DNA of 64,000 bases, taken from contig JBBDZC010000012.1 of the NCBI GenBank assembly GCA_040900375.1, positions 39,301-103,300 on the forward strand. Reading direction: 5' to 3'. This DNA comes from Candidatus Anderseniibacteriota bacterium (GTDB taxonomy: Bacteria; Patescibacteriota; Andersenbacteria; UBA10190). Position 1 is the first letter of the stretch. Each line of letters starts with the position of its first letter. A program made the position numbers and the translations under genes. The notes below the pieces were generated by a model that was not told the DNA's origin, did not search any database, and saw only the letters and a list, made by a program, of their open reading frames with translations. Shown here piece after piece: positions 28,476-39,114 of the stretch.

Positions 28476-29201
28476 TAGGAACAAAGAGGCTTTAGTGCAG
28501 ACCCAAGCGGCTACTTGCCCCGCTAAGCGGGGCTTGCTGTGCCCTTCCGAAACGTCGGGTGAAGGAGAGCCGGCGAGGAGGAAGCGACAGTAGTCATCCC
28601 ACCTGCTGTCGTAGTAGTCGAGGTCCAGCTCGCGCCCGTCACCCCACCTGCCGAGACACGGGACATGGCGATCGCCATCCAGCACGGCAGAGGAGCCGAG
28701 GCAGATGGTGGGGAATTCCCGCTGCAGCTCCTTGTGCTTCGGGTGTAAACCGACGGCGAGCAGGTCCTCGGTTTTCGCCAGCTCCTTGTCGCCCATCGCT
28801 GCGACCGCTGCTTCCACCTGTTCGCTCTCCATATCCTTCTTGAAATGGACGAGGTACAGCTTGCGCGGACCGCGGCGGGTGATGGGGAAGTTGGCGGTGG
28901 TGATGTTCTCGTTGGCGTAGTTGTACTCGCCAGCGCGGACCATCTCCTCCGTGGTCGCTTTCTCGCCGACCGTCAGCTCGCCCAGTTCCGTGACGCTCGG
29001 GTCAGGCGTGAGCTTTGGGAGACCCAGAGCCACGCGGACCGTATCCCGATGAAGTGTAGGGAAGCCGTCCGTGGCAGCGGCTTCCAGGATGTCGGTGAAG
29101 AGACCGCTGACGAGCAGCTGTTGGAGCTGCTTGCCAGAGAGGTCCTGCTGACCAACGAACTTCAACACTTGCTGCGCCTGCCGATAGGTTGCCGATTTCA
29201 T
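28461..29201 (-). CDS. CPR-type hypothetical protein resembling DGR variable (C-type-lectin-like) targets
   Basis: C-terminus ELQREFPTICLGS...R-VPCL-R...RELDLDY-D--W---CRFL; GC-rich; AGGAGG RBS. Confidence 0.6.
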   Translation of the reverse strand: MKSATYRQAQQVLKFVGQQDLSGKQLQQLLVSGLFTDILEAAATDGFPTLHRDTVRVALGLPKLTPDPSVTELGELTVGEKATTEEMVRAGEYNYANENITTANFPITRRGPRKLYLVHFKKDMESEQVEAAVAAMGDKELAKTEDLLAVGLHPKHKELQREFPTICLGSSAVLDGDRHVPCLGRWGDGRELDLDYYDSRWDDYCRFLLAGSPSPDVSEGHSKPRLAGQVAAWVCTKASLFLSPTL

Positions 29202-29283
29202 CTGGCAATCCTCCTTCTTAGGTAGTAGGCCAGTACCTTATTGCACCTAGCAATGGATACATCGCCTCTGAAAAGAACAGCGT

Positions 29284-29313
29284 AATAATACAATTAATAC
29301 CTATCAATGTCAA
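29284..29313 (-). promoter_or_regulatory. Sigma70-like promoter for the 29201 gene
   Basis: minus strand TTGACA-17 nt-TATTAT. Confidence 0.7.
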
Positions 29314-30158
29314 TGGCCTATCGCGAGGCCGAGAGGGCAGGGGAAGAATACTCTCTGCGATTTTTATATTGTGCGACGTTTTAGGTAGCTAGAAACTCAT
29401 AAGCCGGATTTTGCCACTATCGGAGTGTTTCTAGAGCTTAAGCGACAACGCTAGGCGTTTGAGAAAAAGTGCTATTAAAACTACTACTGCGGAGGTCATA
29501 AAAAATATTCCGGAAGATACTCTTTGCAAGAGAAAATTTTTGATCTTGAAGTTCACGTATGGGTGAAGAGGTGATAAGAGGGAAGCTACACCGAGGGGCT
29601 AATAAAGAATATATAAGCTCACAAGACTCATACTAGGTACCTATAAACTCGCATACGCGATTTAAACGCTTCGTGATAGGTAATATTTACTAGTACCCAT
29701 GATACATATGTATCTATGTGGCTCGAGAGAATAACAAAATGTTCCAGGGTGAGTATGATAGAGAGATAGACGAGATATGTACGTCCCCGCCGGGGCAGAA
29801 CTTTTCAGCAGGGCAGGCGAGGAGGGAGACAGAAAAGAGAGCGATGTAGCTCAAGCGGTAGATCATGCTCAGCGATGGCGTACGTCGCACAATATACCTT
29901 TTGCGACATTCTATGTTTCCCCTTTATGTTATCCACATATACGAACATATTTAATACATCCGTCAATTTATGTCGTAGTGTTTTTCAGCTCGGTTTAATT
30001 CCCTCCTTATTACTTACTCTCTCATTAACTTATTCCGCCCAACTATCTTCTCCTCCCCTACCCTACAGGGAAAAGAGTATGGCTGAGGTGAGGACTTAGT
30101 AAAAATATGAAGTTATTTATATAAGAGAGGGTAGAGCGGGGGTGCCCACTCCCCTACC

Positions 30159-30653
30159 CTAGGTTGCCGGCTGGCCTAATTTTTCGCGGGTGCATTGGCT
30201 CGGAACATACCCCGCTGACTCGGCTTCCTCGGCAGAGTTAAACCATACTTCATTTTCGGCCTTTATTTGCCGGCGAGCCGCACAATCGCGGTGATGATAC
30301 TTATCGGAGTTAACACTAGCCACAAATAATTTTTCTAACGTGCCGGCAGTGGGTGGCGCTGTCTGTTGGACCGCCGCCACAGTGGGCGTGGAAGATTCGG
30401 TGGTGATATTATTTTTTTCATCAGCGAGCGCTTGGCCGTCTGCCTGTAAAACCTGCAAGGCCTCGGCTGTGCCACCGGCACTCGGTTTATCCGGGTAGGC
30501 TTGGTCGCTAAAGACAATGGGATGCGAAGCATAGTACGGAGACATTACACGCCCGACCTGCCACCCTGCCCCGAAGAGCACTATCCCCACCACTAGAAAT
30601 ACGAGCACGCTGCGATGTTGCTGTGACCATACCCAGAGCGAAGTTATGTCCAT
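30159..30653 (-). CDS. Membrane-anchored protein with C-terminal Ada metal-binding-like domain
   Basis: FVASVNSDKYH--DC---QIK-EN-VWF-S-EEA--AGY-P---C. Confidence 0.75.
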   Translation of the reverse strand: MDITSLWVWSQQHRSVLVFLVVGIVLFGAGWQVGRVMSPYYASHPIVFSDQAYPDKPSAGGTAEALQVLQADGQALADEKNNITTESSTPTVAAVQQTAPPTAGTLEKLFVASVNSDKYHHRDCAARRQIKAENEVWFNSAEEAESAGYVPSQCTREKLGQPAT

Positions 30654-30700
30654 GATCTAAGCCTAGAACTTGTGACCCAAAACGTAAATGAGATTTCTTC

Positions 30701-31378
30701 TTATGTGCCAAAGCGCCGCGCCCGCTGGCCATACTGTGTGAGAGCTTGCTCAAGATCAGCCACGCTGAAATCGGGGTAAAACTTTGGTACAAAGATCCAC
30801 TCGGCGTACGCGCTCTGCCAGAGTGCAAAGCCGCTAGTGCGCTGTTCGCCCGAAGTGCGAATTACCAAATCAATATCGGGTAATGCGGGCTGATCAAGAT
30901 ACTGTCTAAAGTTTTCTTCCGTAACCGCCTGGAGATCAGATAGACGATGCACGGCCCGAATAATTTCATCTTTTCCACTATAATCCAAGGCAAAATTTAA
31001 CGTGAAAGTTGTATAGTCCGCCGTCTCGGCGCTTAGATCAGTAATTAATCTGGCTAAAGAAGGAGGAATACGGTCCAGGCGGCCGGAATGGGCCAGACGA
31101 GTTTTGTTACGGTTAAATTTCTCTCGTTCCTGCCGCAGAAACTGTTCATAGAGACGCATCAGATGCTTAATCTCTTCATCTCGCCGCTGCCAGTTTTCCG
31201 TAGAAAATCCCCAAAAGGTAACCGTGGCAATACGCGGATGTTGATAGCACCAGTCGATCAGGGACCGACTGTTTTCTATTGCTTGCTGGTGACCCAGCCA
31301 AGGTGCCAGTGCCCGTTGGCGCGCCCAGCGGCGATTACCATCGGGGATAATGGCGAGATGCAGTGGTGGTAAAGCCAT
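30701..31378 (-). CDS. uppS: Undecaprenyl diphosphate synthase
   Basis: HLAIIPDGNRRWA, FSTENW-R, DLVIRTSGEQRTSGF-LWQ-AYAE. Confidence 0.96.
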   Translation of the reverse strand: MALPPLHLAIIPDGNRRWARQRALAPWLGHQQAIENSRSLIDWCYQHPRIATVTFWGFSTENWQRRDEEIKHLMRLYEQFLRQEREKFNRNKTRLAHSGRLDRIPPSLARLITDLSAETADYTTFTLNFALDYSGKDEIIRAVHRLSDLQAVTEENFRQYLDQPALPDIDLVIRTSGEQRTSGFALWQSAYAEWIFVPKFYPDFSVADLEQALTQYGQRARRFGT

Positions 31379-31433
31379 AGTAGTAACTAATCTCCTGTGG
31401 CTATTTTGTAGCACATTTCCTCCCCGTGGGTAA

Positions 31434-31524
31434 TTGACCCTTCGACCGGCTCACCCTTCGACTAACCCAGGATACCTTGAGCCGGTCGAAGGGCAAGCTC
31501 AATCTGGGCTTATCGAAGATTGAC
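31434..31524. repeat. Palindromic REP-like element (CCCTTCGAC family)
   Basis: 16 bp inverted repeat CCCTTCGACCGGCTCA (31438-53) / TGAGCCGGTCGAAGGG (31478-93) with a nested partial copy. Confidence 0.7.
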
Positions 31525-31570
31525 CGCCCAATCAGTACGCGTACAGTGCTAAGCAGTAATCTCTCCTACT

Positions 31571-32824
31571 ATGTCGCAATCTCAATATGTTTTCTTCCTC
31601 GGCAATCACCCCGAGCTGTCCGGCGCAGAATGTCTGGGGGTACTTTCATCTCAAGCAATAACCTGGCAGCTTGAGGTAGTTACCCCGGCATATTTTATTA
31701 TTTCTGTAACGCCTGAGCTGCCCGCTGGTTTCTTATCGCGGCTGGGCGGCACCGAGCGCATTGCCCGGGTCGTTGCAGTTCAGGAAAAACCCTGGCAGGC
31801 ACACGAACTCCGGGAGCGGCTTTTCCCTTCATCATTGCCCGAGAAATTAACGCTCGGGGTCAGCACTCTCAACATAGGCAAAGATTATGGTAAGCAGCTC
31901 GGGCGAGACCTAAAAAATCTTATGCGCCAGCATAATGTTCGTTTGCGTTTCATCTTACCGCAAGGTAAGTCACCGCGCTTAAACAGTGCCCAGGTACTGT
32001 TCAACAAGTTGCTCTCGGCTCCCCATCAAGAAATTACGGTGCTCAAGCATAGTGATCGCTACTGGTTGCTGCAGACGGTCCAAATTCAAGATATTGCTGC
32101 CTACGAACTTCGCGACACGCAGCGCCCCGTTCGTGACGCAAAAATCGGCATGCTGCCGCCGAAGCTGGCCCAGATCATGCTGAATCTGGCTACCGCTTCT
32201 CTTTCCCCGCAGCCTAGCCTCCATATCCTTGATCCTTTCTGTGGCATGGGGACCATTGTGCAGGAAGGCTGGCTGCAGAGACAAATAATGGTGGGGACAG
32301 ATATCGAGGCCACTATGATTACCGCTAGTCAGAAAAACATAGCTTGGGTAGCAGGACATGGGGTAGTCTCCCCTACTCCCCTACCCCGCTTCCAGGTACA
32401 TGATGTCCGCCAGCCTTTTCCACTAAACTGGCGGCGCCAATTTGATGCGGTGGTAACGGAGCCCTACTTGGGTCCGCCGCTGCACTCTCCCCTACCCGCT
32501 ATTAAGGCCGAATATCACATTGCGCCGCTTGCCGATCTCTACATGGCTTTCTTCGAGAATGTTCGACCCTTGCTTAAGCCCGGCGGGATGGTTCTCGTGT
32601 TGCTGCCTGCTTTCCGGCGAGGCAAACGCAGCTCTGCCTCTTTTACGCTGTTTCCTCAAGCTTTTCTTGACGCTGTGGGCCGGCTTGGGTATAGTCCAAG
32701 ACAGCTTATTCCTGAAGAGCTTGCGGACATCTTTAGGCCTTCGCCCCGCCACAGTCTGCTCTACAGCCGGAGCGACGCTCTCGTGGGCCGGGAAATAACT
32801 CTTTGGGAAAGCATTGGTACTTAA
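31571..32824 (+). CDS. Trm11/UPF0020-like SAM-dependent RNA methyltransferase
   Basis: [30 protein letters not shown]. Confidence 0.85.
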   Translation: MSQSQYVFFLGNHPELSGAECLGVLSSQAITWQLEVVTPAYFIISVTPELPAGFLSRLGGTERIARVVAVQEKPWQAHELRERLFPSSLPEKLTLGVSTLNIGKDYGKQLGRDLKNLMRQHNVRLRFILPQGKSPRLNSAQVLFNKLLSAPHQEITVLKHSDRYWLLQTVQIQDIAAYELRDTQRPVRDAKIGMLPPKLAQIMLNLATASLSPQPSLHILDPFCGMGTIVQEGWLQRQIMVGTDIEATMITASQKNIAWVAGHGVVSPTPLPRFQVHDVRQPFPLNWRRQFDAVVTEPYLGPPLHSPLPAIKAEYHIAPLADLYMAFFENVRPLLKPGGMVLVLLPAFRRGKRSSASFTLFPQAFLDAVGRLGYSPRQLIPEELADIFRPSPRHSLLYSRSDALVGREITLWESIGT

Positions 32825-32832
32825 GTACTACT

Positions 32833-33117
32833 ATGGCACATAAGAAAGCTGGTGGATCAACTAGTTTAGGACGTGAATCACATTCCAAGCGATTGGGAGT
32901 TAAAATCTATGGCGGTGAATCAGTTAGTGCTGGCCAAATTATCATTCGACAGCGCGGCAGCCGCTACCGCGAAGGTCAGGGAGTACGACGCGGGAGTGAT
33001 GATACCCTCTATGCTGCTTCCGCTGGGATTGTCCGCTTTACCCGGCGCCATATTAAACGGTTTACCGGCGCCCTTAAGAAAGCAACCTTCGTCAGTGTTG
33101 AAGGGCAAACAAAGTAG
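32833..33117 (+). CDS. rpmA: 50S ribosomal protein L27
   Basis: [20 protein letters not shown]...IIRQRG. Confidence 0.97.
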   Translation: MAHKKAGGSTSLGRESHSKRLGVKIYGGESVSAGQIIIRQRGSRYREGQGVRRGSDDTLYAASAGIVRFTRRHIKRFTGALKKATFVSVEGQTK

Positions 33118-33136
33118 CAAAACGATCTTATGACTC

Positions 33137-33165
33137 TTTAAAATTCCCGACTGGGAATTTTTTAA
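33137..33165. terminator. Bidirectional terminator between rpmA and pyrG
   Basis: AAAATTCCC-GACT-GGGAATTTT. Confidence 0.65.
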
Positions 33166-33184
33166 TAGCCGCAAAATGAGTCGC

Positions 33185-34861
33185 CTACGTTTTATGGTGG
33201 CGGCGGTGATACCGCTTGGCCGCAGCGATAAAGGCATTAAATAAGGGATGGCCGGTGCGCGGGCGCGAGGTAAATTCAGGATGGAACTGCACGCCAACAA
33301 ACCAAGGGTGGTCAGCAACCTCAATAATCTCTACTAGTTTGGCATCGGGCGTGGTACCGGCAATGCGTAAACCCGCCCGTGTTAGCTGGTCCCGGAAATC
33401 ATTGTTAAACTCATACCGATGCCGGTGACGTTCGCGAATCTGTCGGGCTTGGTATGCCTTGTAGGCAAACGAGGTTGGTTCGAGGACACAGTCCCAACCG
33501 CCCAGTCGCATTGTCCCGCCTTTGTCGGCAATTGTTTTTTGCTCGGCCATTAAGTGAATAACGCAGCGAGCGTTATTAACCATCCCCTCTTTTGCTTCAA
33601 TAAACTCCTGACTGGTTGCTTGGGGGACCCCCGCAACATTCCGAGCGAACTCAATGACTGCTAACTGCATACCCAGGCACAACCCAAAATAAGGAATTTT
33701 TTGCTCGCGCGCGTGTTGAATTGCCCTGATCTTTCCTTCGGTGCCCCGGACACCAAATCCGCCGGGGACCACAATACCGTCAGCCTCGTTAAGTAAATCT
33801 ATGCCTCGCTTGTTCTCTAATTGCTCGGCCTCCACCCACCGCAAGATTAAGTCTAGGTTGTTATACCACGAGGCGGCTTTGAGAGCCTCAACTAAGCTGG
33901 CATAGGTGTCGAGCATGGTCGTATATTTCCCGACCATGGCCAGGGTAATGGTGGGTTTAGGGGCCTTGATCTTAGTTACAAACCGCTGCCAATCGCCATT
34001 GCGCCGGGGGCGCACTCGTAGGCCAAGTTTTTTTAAGATCACTTCGTCGAGCCGCTGTTCTTCCATGAGGAGGGGTACCTCGTAGACACTTTTAACCGTC
34101 AGAAGCGGCATGATGGCTTCGGGCGCTACATTGGTATAGAGTGAAAGCTTGTGTACAAGATCGTGTTTGACCGGATAATCTGTCCGGGTAATGAGAATAT
34201 CGGGTTGGATCCCGATGCTCCGTAGTTCCCGTACGCTGTTTTGCGCGGGCTTTGTCTTAACCTCCTCACTCGCCTTCAAGTACGGTAAGAAAACCACGTG
34301 CACGTAGAGCACATTCTCGCGGCCTTCATCAAGAATCATCTGTCGGGCAGCTTCAATGAAATGGAAGCCTTCGTTGTCACCGACCGTGCCGCCAATTTCT
34401 ACGATATGGACGTCGTAGTGATTTTCAAGAGCGGCAGTGCGGGCACGGCGCTTGACCTCATCCGTGAGGTGAGGAATGACCTGAACGGTTTTACCCAAGT
34501 AATCACCGCGTCGCTCCCGGGCGATAACGTTTTGGTAAACCTCGCCTGTCATGACCGATGAGTCGCCTGTTAAGTTAGAATCTAAGAAGCGTTCATAGTG
34601 TCCTAAATCAAGATCGCACTCCGCCCCATCATCCGTTACAAATACTTCGCCGTGCTCGGCAGGATTAAGCGTCCCTGCATCCACGTTAATATACTGGTCA
34701 AACTTTTGCATGTTGACCGCTAGCCCCCGGCTCTTGAGGATGTTGCCAATTGAGGCTGCGGTAATGCCTTTGCCAAGACCAGAGAGCACGCCCCCTGTTA
34801 CAAAAATATACTTTACCTGTTTCTTCCGGCGGCGCCGGGGAGAAGAAGAGCTTGTAACCAT
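33185..34861 (-). CDS. pyrG: CTP synthase
   Basis: [45 protein letters not shown]. Confidence 0.98.
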   Translation of the reverse strand: [558 protein letters not shown]

Positions 34862-34871
34862 ATAACTAGCC

Positions 34872-35360
34872 TTAAGCGGCCGCAGGCTTGCGGCCCAGGT
34901 GCGGTTCAGCAGTAACTGTTACCTGAATTGATGTTTCCACTGTGGGTGCGAGACGGACCGTCACTGCCTGGCTACTTATAGATGTAATCGGATGGGCTAG
35001 CTTTACATCCTTGGGGGTAATAGTTAGGCCTGCCTGCTGCCGCAGTTCCTCGGCAATTTTCTTGGCGGTAATGCTGCCAAAAATCTGTTCGCCATCTTTG
35101 ACGCGGACAGGAATCACCAACTCGGTGCCATCAAGTTGCTGCGCTTGTTCCTGCAACTGCTGTAACTCGGCTTCTTGTTGCTTCAAAGCGGTGGCGCGAT
35201 GCCGCTTTTTCTCTGCCACTACTTTACTTGTGGCGAGGGCCGCCTTACCTTGTACAAATAAAAAATTTCGGGCATATCCTTCGGACACTGCCACGATATC
35301 GCCGGCTCGGCCAATGGAGTTAATGTCCTCCAAAAGTATAACCTGAATACGTTTTGCCAT
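34872..35360 (-). CDS. rplI: 50S ribosomal protein L9
   Basis: VILLEDI--IG--GDIV-V--GYARNFL, FGSIT. Confidence 0.96.
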   Translation of the reverse strand: MAKRIQVILLEDINSIGRAGDIVAVSEGYARNFLFVQGKAALATSKVVAEKKRHRATALKQQEAELQQLQEQAQQLDGTELVIPVRVKDGEQIFGSITAKKIAEELRQQAGLTITPKDVKLAHPITSISSQAVTVRLAPTVETSIQVTVTAEPHLGRKPAAA

Positions 35361-35369
35361 TAGGTCAAT

Positions 35370-35660
35370 CTAGTACATGGTGAATGATGAATATGGAGTA
35401 CTGGCCCGGTGCCAATTGCTTTGTACCTGATCTACCCGGGCACTTCCGGGTCCATCGTAGCATCTCTTGAGGAGTGTTTCTAGAGCGCTTCTTTCCCCTT
35501 GTGCACACACCACAACACTGCCGTCTGGTTCATTGCGAACAAAACCCTGAAGGTGTAGTTCGACGGCCCAGGCTTTTATTGTCTGACGAAAAAATACCCC
35601 TTGGACCTTACCGGTAATTTTTACCTGCAGTTCCTGGAGGGTCGAAAAATTGTCCGCCAT
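35370..35660 (-). CDS. acyP: Acylphosphatase
   Basis: G-VQGVFFR, GFVRN-PDGSV, GP--ARV. Confidence 0.95.
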   Translation of the reverse strand: MADNFSTLQELQVKITGKVQGVFFRQTIKAWAVELHLQGFVRNEPDGSVVVCAQGERSALETLLKRCYDGPGSARVDQVQSNWHRASTPYSSFTMY

Positions 35661-35675
35661 AGTGGCCCCGAAGCT

Positions 35676-36914
35676 TTAAGACTGGTCGAGTTGGCGTTGC
35701 AGCTCCTCGCGAGCGCGAATGAGCTGTTCGTCTTCTTCTGTGTCATGGTTCTGCTCGATGGTAATAGTGGGCTCAATCCCCTCTTCGTTAATGTTGCGAC
35801 CGCGCGGAGTAAACCACTTAGCCACGGTAATCCGCAAGCTTGAGCCATCACGTAATTTGAGAAATTCTTGCACCGAGCCTTTACCAAAGGTTTTTGTACC
35901 GACGATAGGCGCCTGGCGGTGATCATGAAGAGCACCCGCTAAAATTTCTGAAGCTGATGCCGAGCCACCGTTGACCATAACCACGACGGGGAGGGCTTCC
36001 AGCAGCGCGTTGCCCTCCGCGGTATAATCTTTTGTGACACTTCCCTTTTCCGAAACAACAACACTGCCGGCTGGCACAAAACGAGAAGCAATTTCCACCG
36101 CTGATTGCAAAAAACCACCGGGATTATTGCGGACGTCAACAATGACGCCCCGCACACCGGCTTGCAGCGCACCCCGGACTGCCGTCGTGAAACGTTCAGC
36201 GGTATCACCATTAAAGCTAGTGATGGTTAGAATGGCAATGTCACCTTCCTGTTGGGCTTTGACGCTCTCGACTTCAATGCGGTCACGCCTAATTTCGATA
36301 TCCTGGGTCTCACGGTCGTCCTTATGGATAACGGTCAACACCACTTTCGTTCCGCGCTCCCCCCGAATCTGGGTTACGATTTCATCTAAGCTTGACTCGG
36401 GCGTTAGGGGTTTATGATCAATGGCAACAATGATATCTCCCTCACGAATGCCCGCTTGCTGGGCAGGTGAACCCTGGAGAGGCGTAATCACCGTGACTAA
36501 TCCTGTGCGCAAGCCAATTTCGACACCGATACCAGAGAAACTGCCTTCGATTGTTTCCTCAAATTGCTTGGTCGCTTCGGGGTCGGCAAAAACTGTATAC
36601 GGGTCACCGGCCGCGCGGATCATCCCCGCTACCGCGCCGTAGTATAAATCTTCATCTTGCAACTCCCCTGTATCGATGTACTTCTCGTGCAATTTATCCC
36701 ACGCCTCCCAAAATGTCGGGAAAACCAGCTGGCGATTACCTTCTTCTACCCGGACAAAGCGCAGGGGTGAGTTAGGCCCAAAAGGAGTGGCCGGAACAAT
36801 GTAGCGCCCAATAAAAATACCCAGACCTAAAATAAGAACCACGACGCCCAGCCGGCGAGCAACCTGGGCCCGCCTTGAAGTTTTCAATATGATTGGCACT
36901 GGGTTATCCATCTC
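35676..36914 (-). CDS. ctpA: S41 carboxyl-terminal processing protease
   Basis: DPYT, PDZ GIG, D-RNNPGG, SASASEI-AGAL, TFGKGSVQ. Confidence 0.93.
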   Translation of the reverse strand, partial: EMDNPVPIILKTSRRAQVARRLGVVVLILGLGIFIGRYIVPATPFGPNSPLRFVRVEEGNRQLVFPTFWEAWDKLHEKYIDTGELQDEDLYYGAVAGMIRAAGDPYTVFADPEATKQFEETIEGSFSGIGVEIGLRTGLVTVITPLQGSPAQQAGIREGDIIVAIDHKPLTPESSLDEIVTQIRGERGTKVVLTVIHKDDRETQDIEIRRDRIEVESVKAQQEGDIAILTITSFNGDTAERFTTAVRGALQAGVRGVIVDVRNNPGGFLQSAVEIASRFVPAGSVVVSEKGSVTKDYTAEGNALLEALPVVVMVNGGSASASEILAGALHDHRQAPIVGTKTFGKGSVQEFLKLRDGSSLRITVAKWFTPRGRNINEEGIEPTITIEQNHDTEEDEQLIRAREELQRQLDQS

Positions 36915-36945
36915 CATCACAGTATACTGATTGCGACGAGATTGA

Positions 36946-38745
36946 CTATTCGAGTTCGCGTATTGCCAAGTGCAACTCTTCGATTTGCGTTGGCGATACG
37001 GGTGAGGGGGCCCCCATCATAACGTCCTGCGCCCGGCCATTCTTGGGAAAAGCGTAGATATCACGAATACTCTCACACGCCCATAGGACCATCATAAGGC
37101 GGTCAATTCCTGGGGCAATACCGCCGTGAGGCGGGGCGCCATACGCAAATGCCCGCAACATGGCGCCAAATTTCTCATCCACGGCTTCTTGACTATAGCC
37201 AGCTAACGCGAAAGCTTTATACATAATGGCGGGATTGTGATTACGAATACCGCCGGAGCTAATCTCAAAGCCGTTACACACCAGATCATATTGATAAGCT
37301 AAAATATCAGTTGGCTCCTGTTGCTCGAGCGCTTGTAATCCCCCTTGGGGCATAGAGAAAGGATTGTGAGAAAAATTGATTTTACCTTCGGCCTCATTCC
37401 ACTCATACATGGGAAAATCAACAATCCAGCACCAAGCGGCTTTAGTTACATCAATTAATGACAACTTTTGGGCCACAGCAGTCCGCACTGCCCCGAGGGC
37501 CTTACTGGCCGTCAACCACTGGTCGGCCGCAAAGAAAATAGCGTCACCAGATTTTGCCCCGACCTTCTTAAGTAACGCTGCCACTATGTCGTCACCCAAA
37601 AACTTAAGGATTGGGGATGTCGGTTTATCCTTAATGAGGATATAGGCCAGCCCACCGGTGCCGGTCGCGCGGGCGGCGTGGGTTAGTTCATCAATGGCCT
37701 GGCGCGACAGCTTCGCGCCACCAGGTACTCGGAGAGCGTGCACTACTCCCCCATGCGCGAGTGCGTCCGCAAATACTTTAAATTCACTGGCGGCAACTTC
37801 GTCACTCACGACCGTAATTTTAAGATCGTAACGCAGATCAGGTTTGTCACTGCCATAGGTTATCATAGCCTCACGCCAGGTTAAGCGCGGAAATGGTTTA
37901 GCGGCGACCTGCTTATCACTGAATTTTTCCGTGAGGGCAATCATTAAAGGTTCAGTAACAGCAAAAATGTCTTCTTGGGTGACAAAACTCATTTCCAAAT
38001 CAAGTTGATAAAATTCACCGGGGTGGCGATCCGCCCGTGGATCTTCATCGCGGAAGCATGGGGCAATCTGAAAATAGCGGTCGAAACCAGCAACCATGAG
38101 CAGCTGTTTAAATTGCTGCGGGGCTTGCGGCAGCGCGTAAAACTTACCCGGGTGCAGCCGGCTGGGAACTAAATAATCGCGGGCGCCTTCGGGCGAAGAG
38201 TTAGCCAGAATGGGTGTCTGCACTTCGACAAACTGCTGGGCGTGCATGTAGGCCCGAATATGGGCAATAAAAGCATCTCGTTGTAAGATTATCGCCTTGA
38301 GCCGCTCTCGTCGCAGGTCAAGAAAGCGGTACTTTAAGCGCAATTCTTCATTGACGGCGGTATCAGACGCTACTTCAAAGGGCAGCGGCTGGGCCGCGCT
38401 TAACACTTCTACAGTAGTGACCGCTACTTCAATCTTGCCAGTGGTCAGCTCTTTATTAACCATGGCTTTCGGACGCGCCATCACGGTCCCGGCAACTGCA
38501 ATCACAAACTCACTGCGTAGGTTTTCGGCCGCGGCATGTGTTGTCGGCTGTTCCGTAGGATTAAACGTCAGCTGCGTGATTCCCCACCGATCGCGCAGAT
38601 CAATAAAAATTAGTCCGCCATGATCACGGCGAGCATGCACCCACCCGGTCAGGCGCACTGGCTGTCCCACGTGAGCGGGACGCAACTCACTGTTGGTATG
38701 CGTTCGATATTTATTGGGCGTAATCAGGGTGGAGGCCAAGGGCAT
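36946..38745 (-). CDS. aspS: Aspartate--tRNA ligase
   Basis: YRTHT, GWV--RRDHGG--FIDLRD, PEGARDYLVPSR, QIAPCFRDED, GAPPHGG-A-G-DR; start at ATG 38745. Confidence 0.97.
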   Translation of the reverse strand: MPLASTLITPNKYRTHTNSELRPAHVGQPVRLTGWVHARRDHGGLIFIDLRDRWGITQLTFNPTEQPTTHAAAENLRSEFVIAVAGTVMARPKAMVNKELTTGKIEVAVTTVEVLSAAQPLPFEVASDTAVNEELRLKYRFLDLRRERLKAIILQRDAFIAHIRAYMHAQQFVEVQTPILANSSPEGARDYLVPSRLHPGKFYALPQAPQQFKQLLMVAGFDRYFQIAPCFRDEDPRADRHPGEFYQLDLEMSFVTQEDIFAVTEPLMIALTEKFSDKQVAAKPFPRLTWREAMITYGSDKPDLRYDLKITVVSDEVAASEFKVFADALAHGGVVHALRVPGGAKLSRQAIDELTHAARATGTGGLAYILIKDKPTSPILKFLGDDIVAALLKKVGAKSGDAIFFAADQWLTASKALGAVRTAVAQKLSLIDVTKAAWCWIVDFPMYEWNEAEGKINFSHNPFSMPQGGLQALEQQEPTDILAYQYDLVCNGFEISSGGIRNHNPAIMYKAFALAGYSQEAVDEKFGAMLRAFAYGAPPHGGIAPGIDRLMMVLWACESIRDIYAFPKNGRAQDVMMGAPSPVSPTQIEELHLAIRELE

Positions 38746-38794
38746 ACCTAGAGGGTAGATGAGAGCGTAGGAGAGAGCAACAGATCCAAGTCTT

Positions 38795-39114
38795 AAAAAA
38801 GTAGCTTGAAGAACTCTACTGTTTCTTTCTCGAGAGTGATGCAACATGAAGGTAGTAACCCAGAAGTCTGTCGGCAAACCGGGTAAGAAAAGTTTGTATA
38901 AAGACTCCTAGGTTCCCCGCTCATAGGCGGGGAGGTCGTATGCCTAGGATGCGCCCCGCTCCTTCAGACGGGGCTAGCTTGTTGGCACCCTACGTAGTAG
39001 GCATGCCGAGATAAAGAACACTGCACGTCTTCTTTAAGAAGACGCACATTGCCTAAAGCAAAAGCCCTGGGCAATAAGCACCCTCTTCATGGATTAAGGA
39101 GCTTTACTAAAGAA
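38795..39114 (-). ncRNA. Candidate structured ncRNA or leader B, family unknown
   Basis: closing stem plus at least 5 hairpins, promoter TTGCGT-16-TATACT at 39121-39148, weak terminator near 38800. Confidence 0.5.

Noticed and set aside
38746-38877. N-terminal extension of AspS in the ORF track
   Set aside because: Starts at TTG within the structured region; homology begins near ATG 38745
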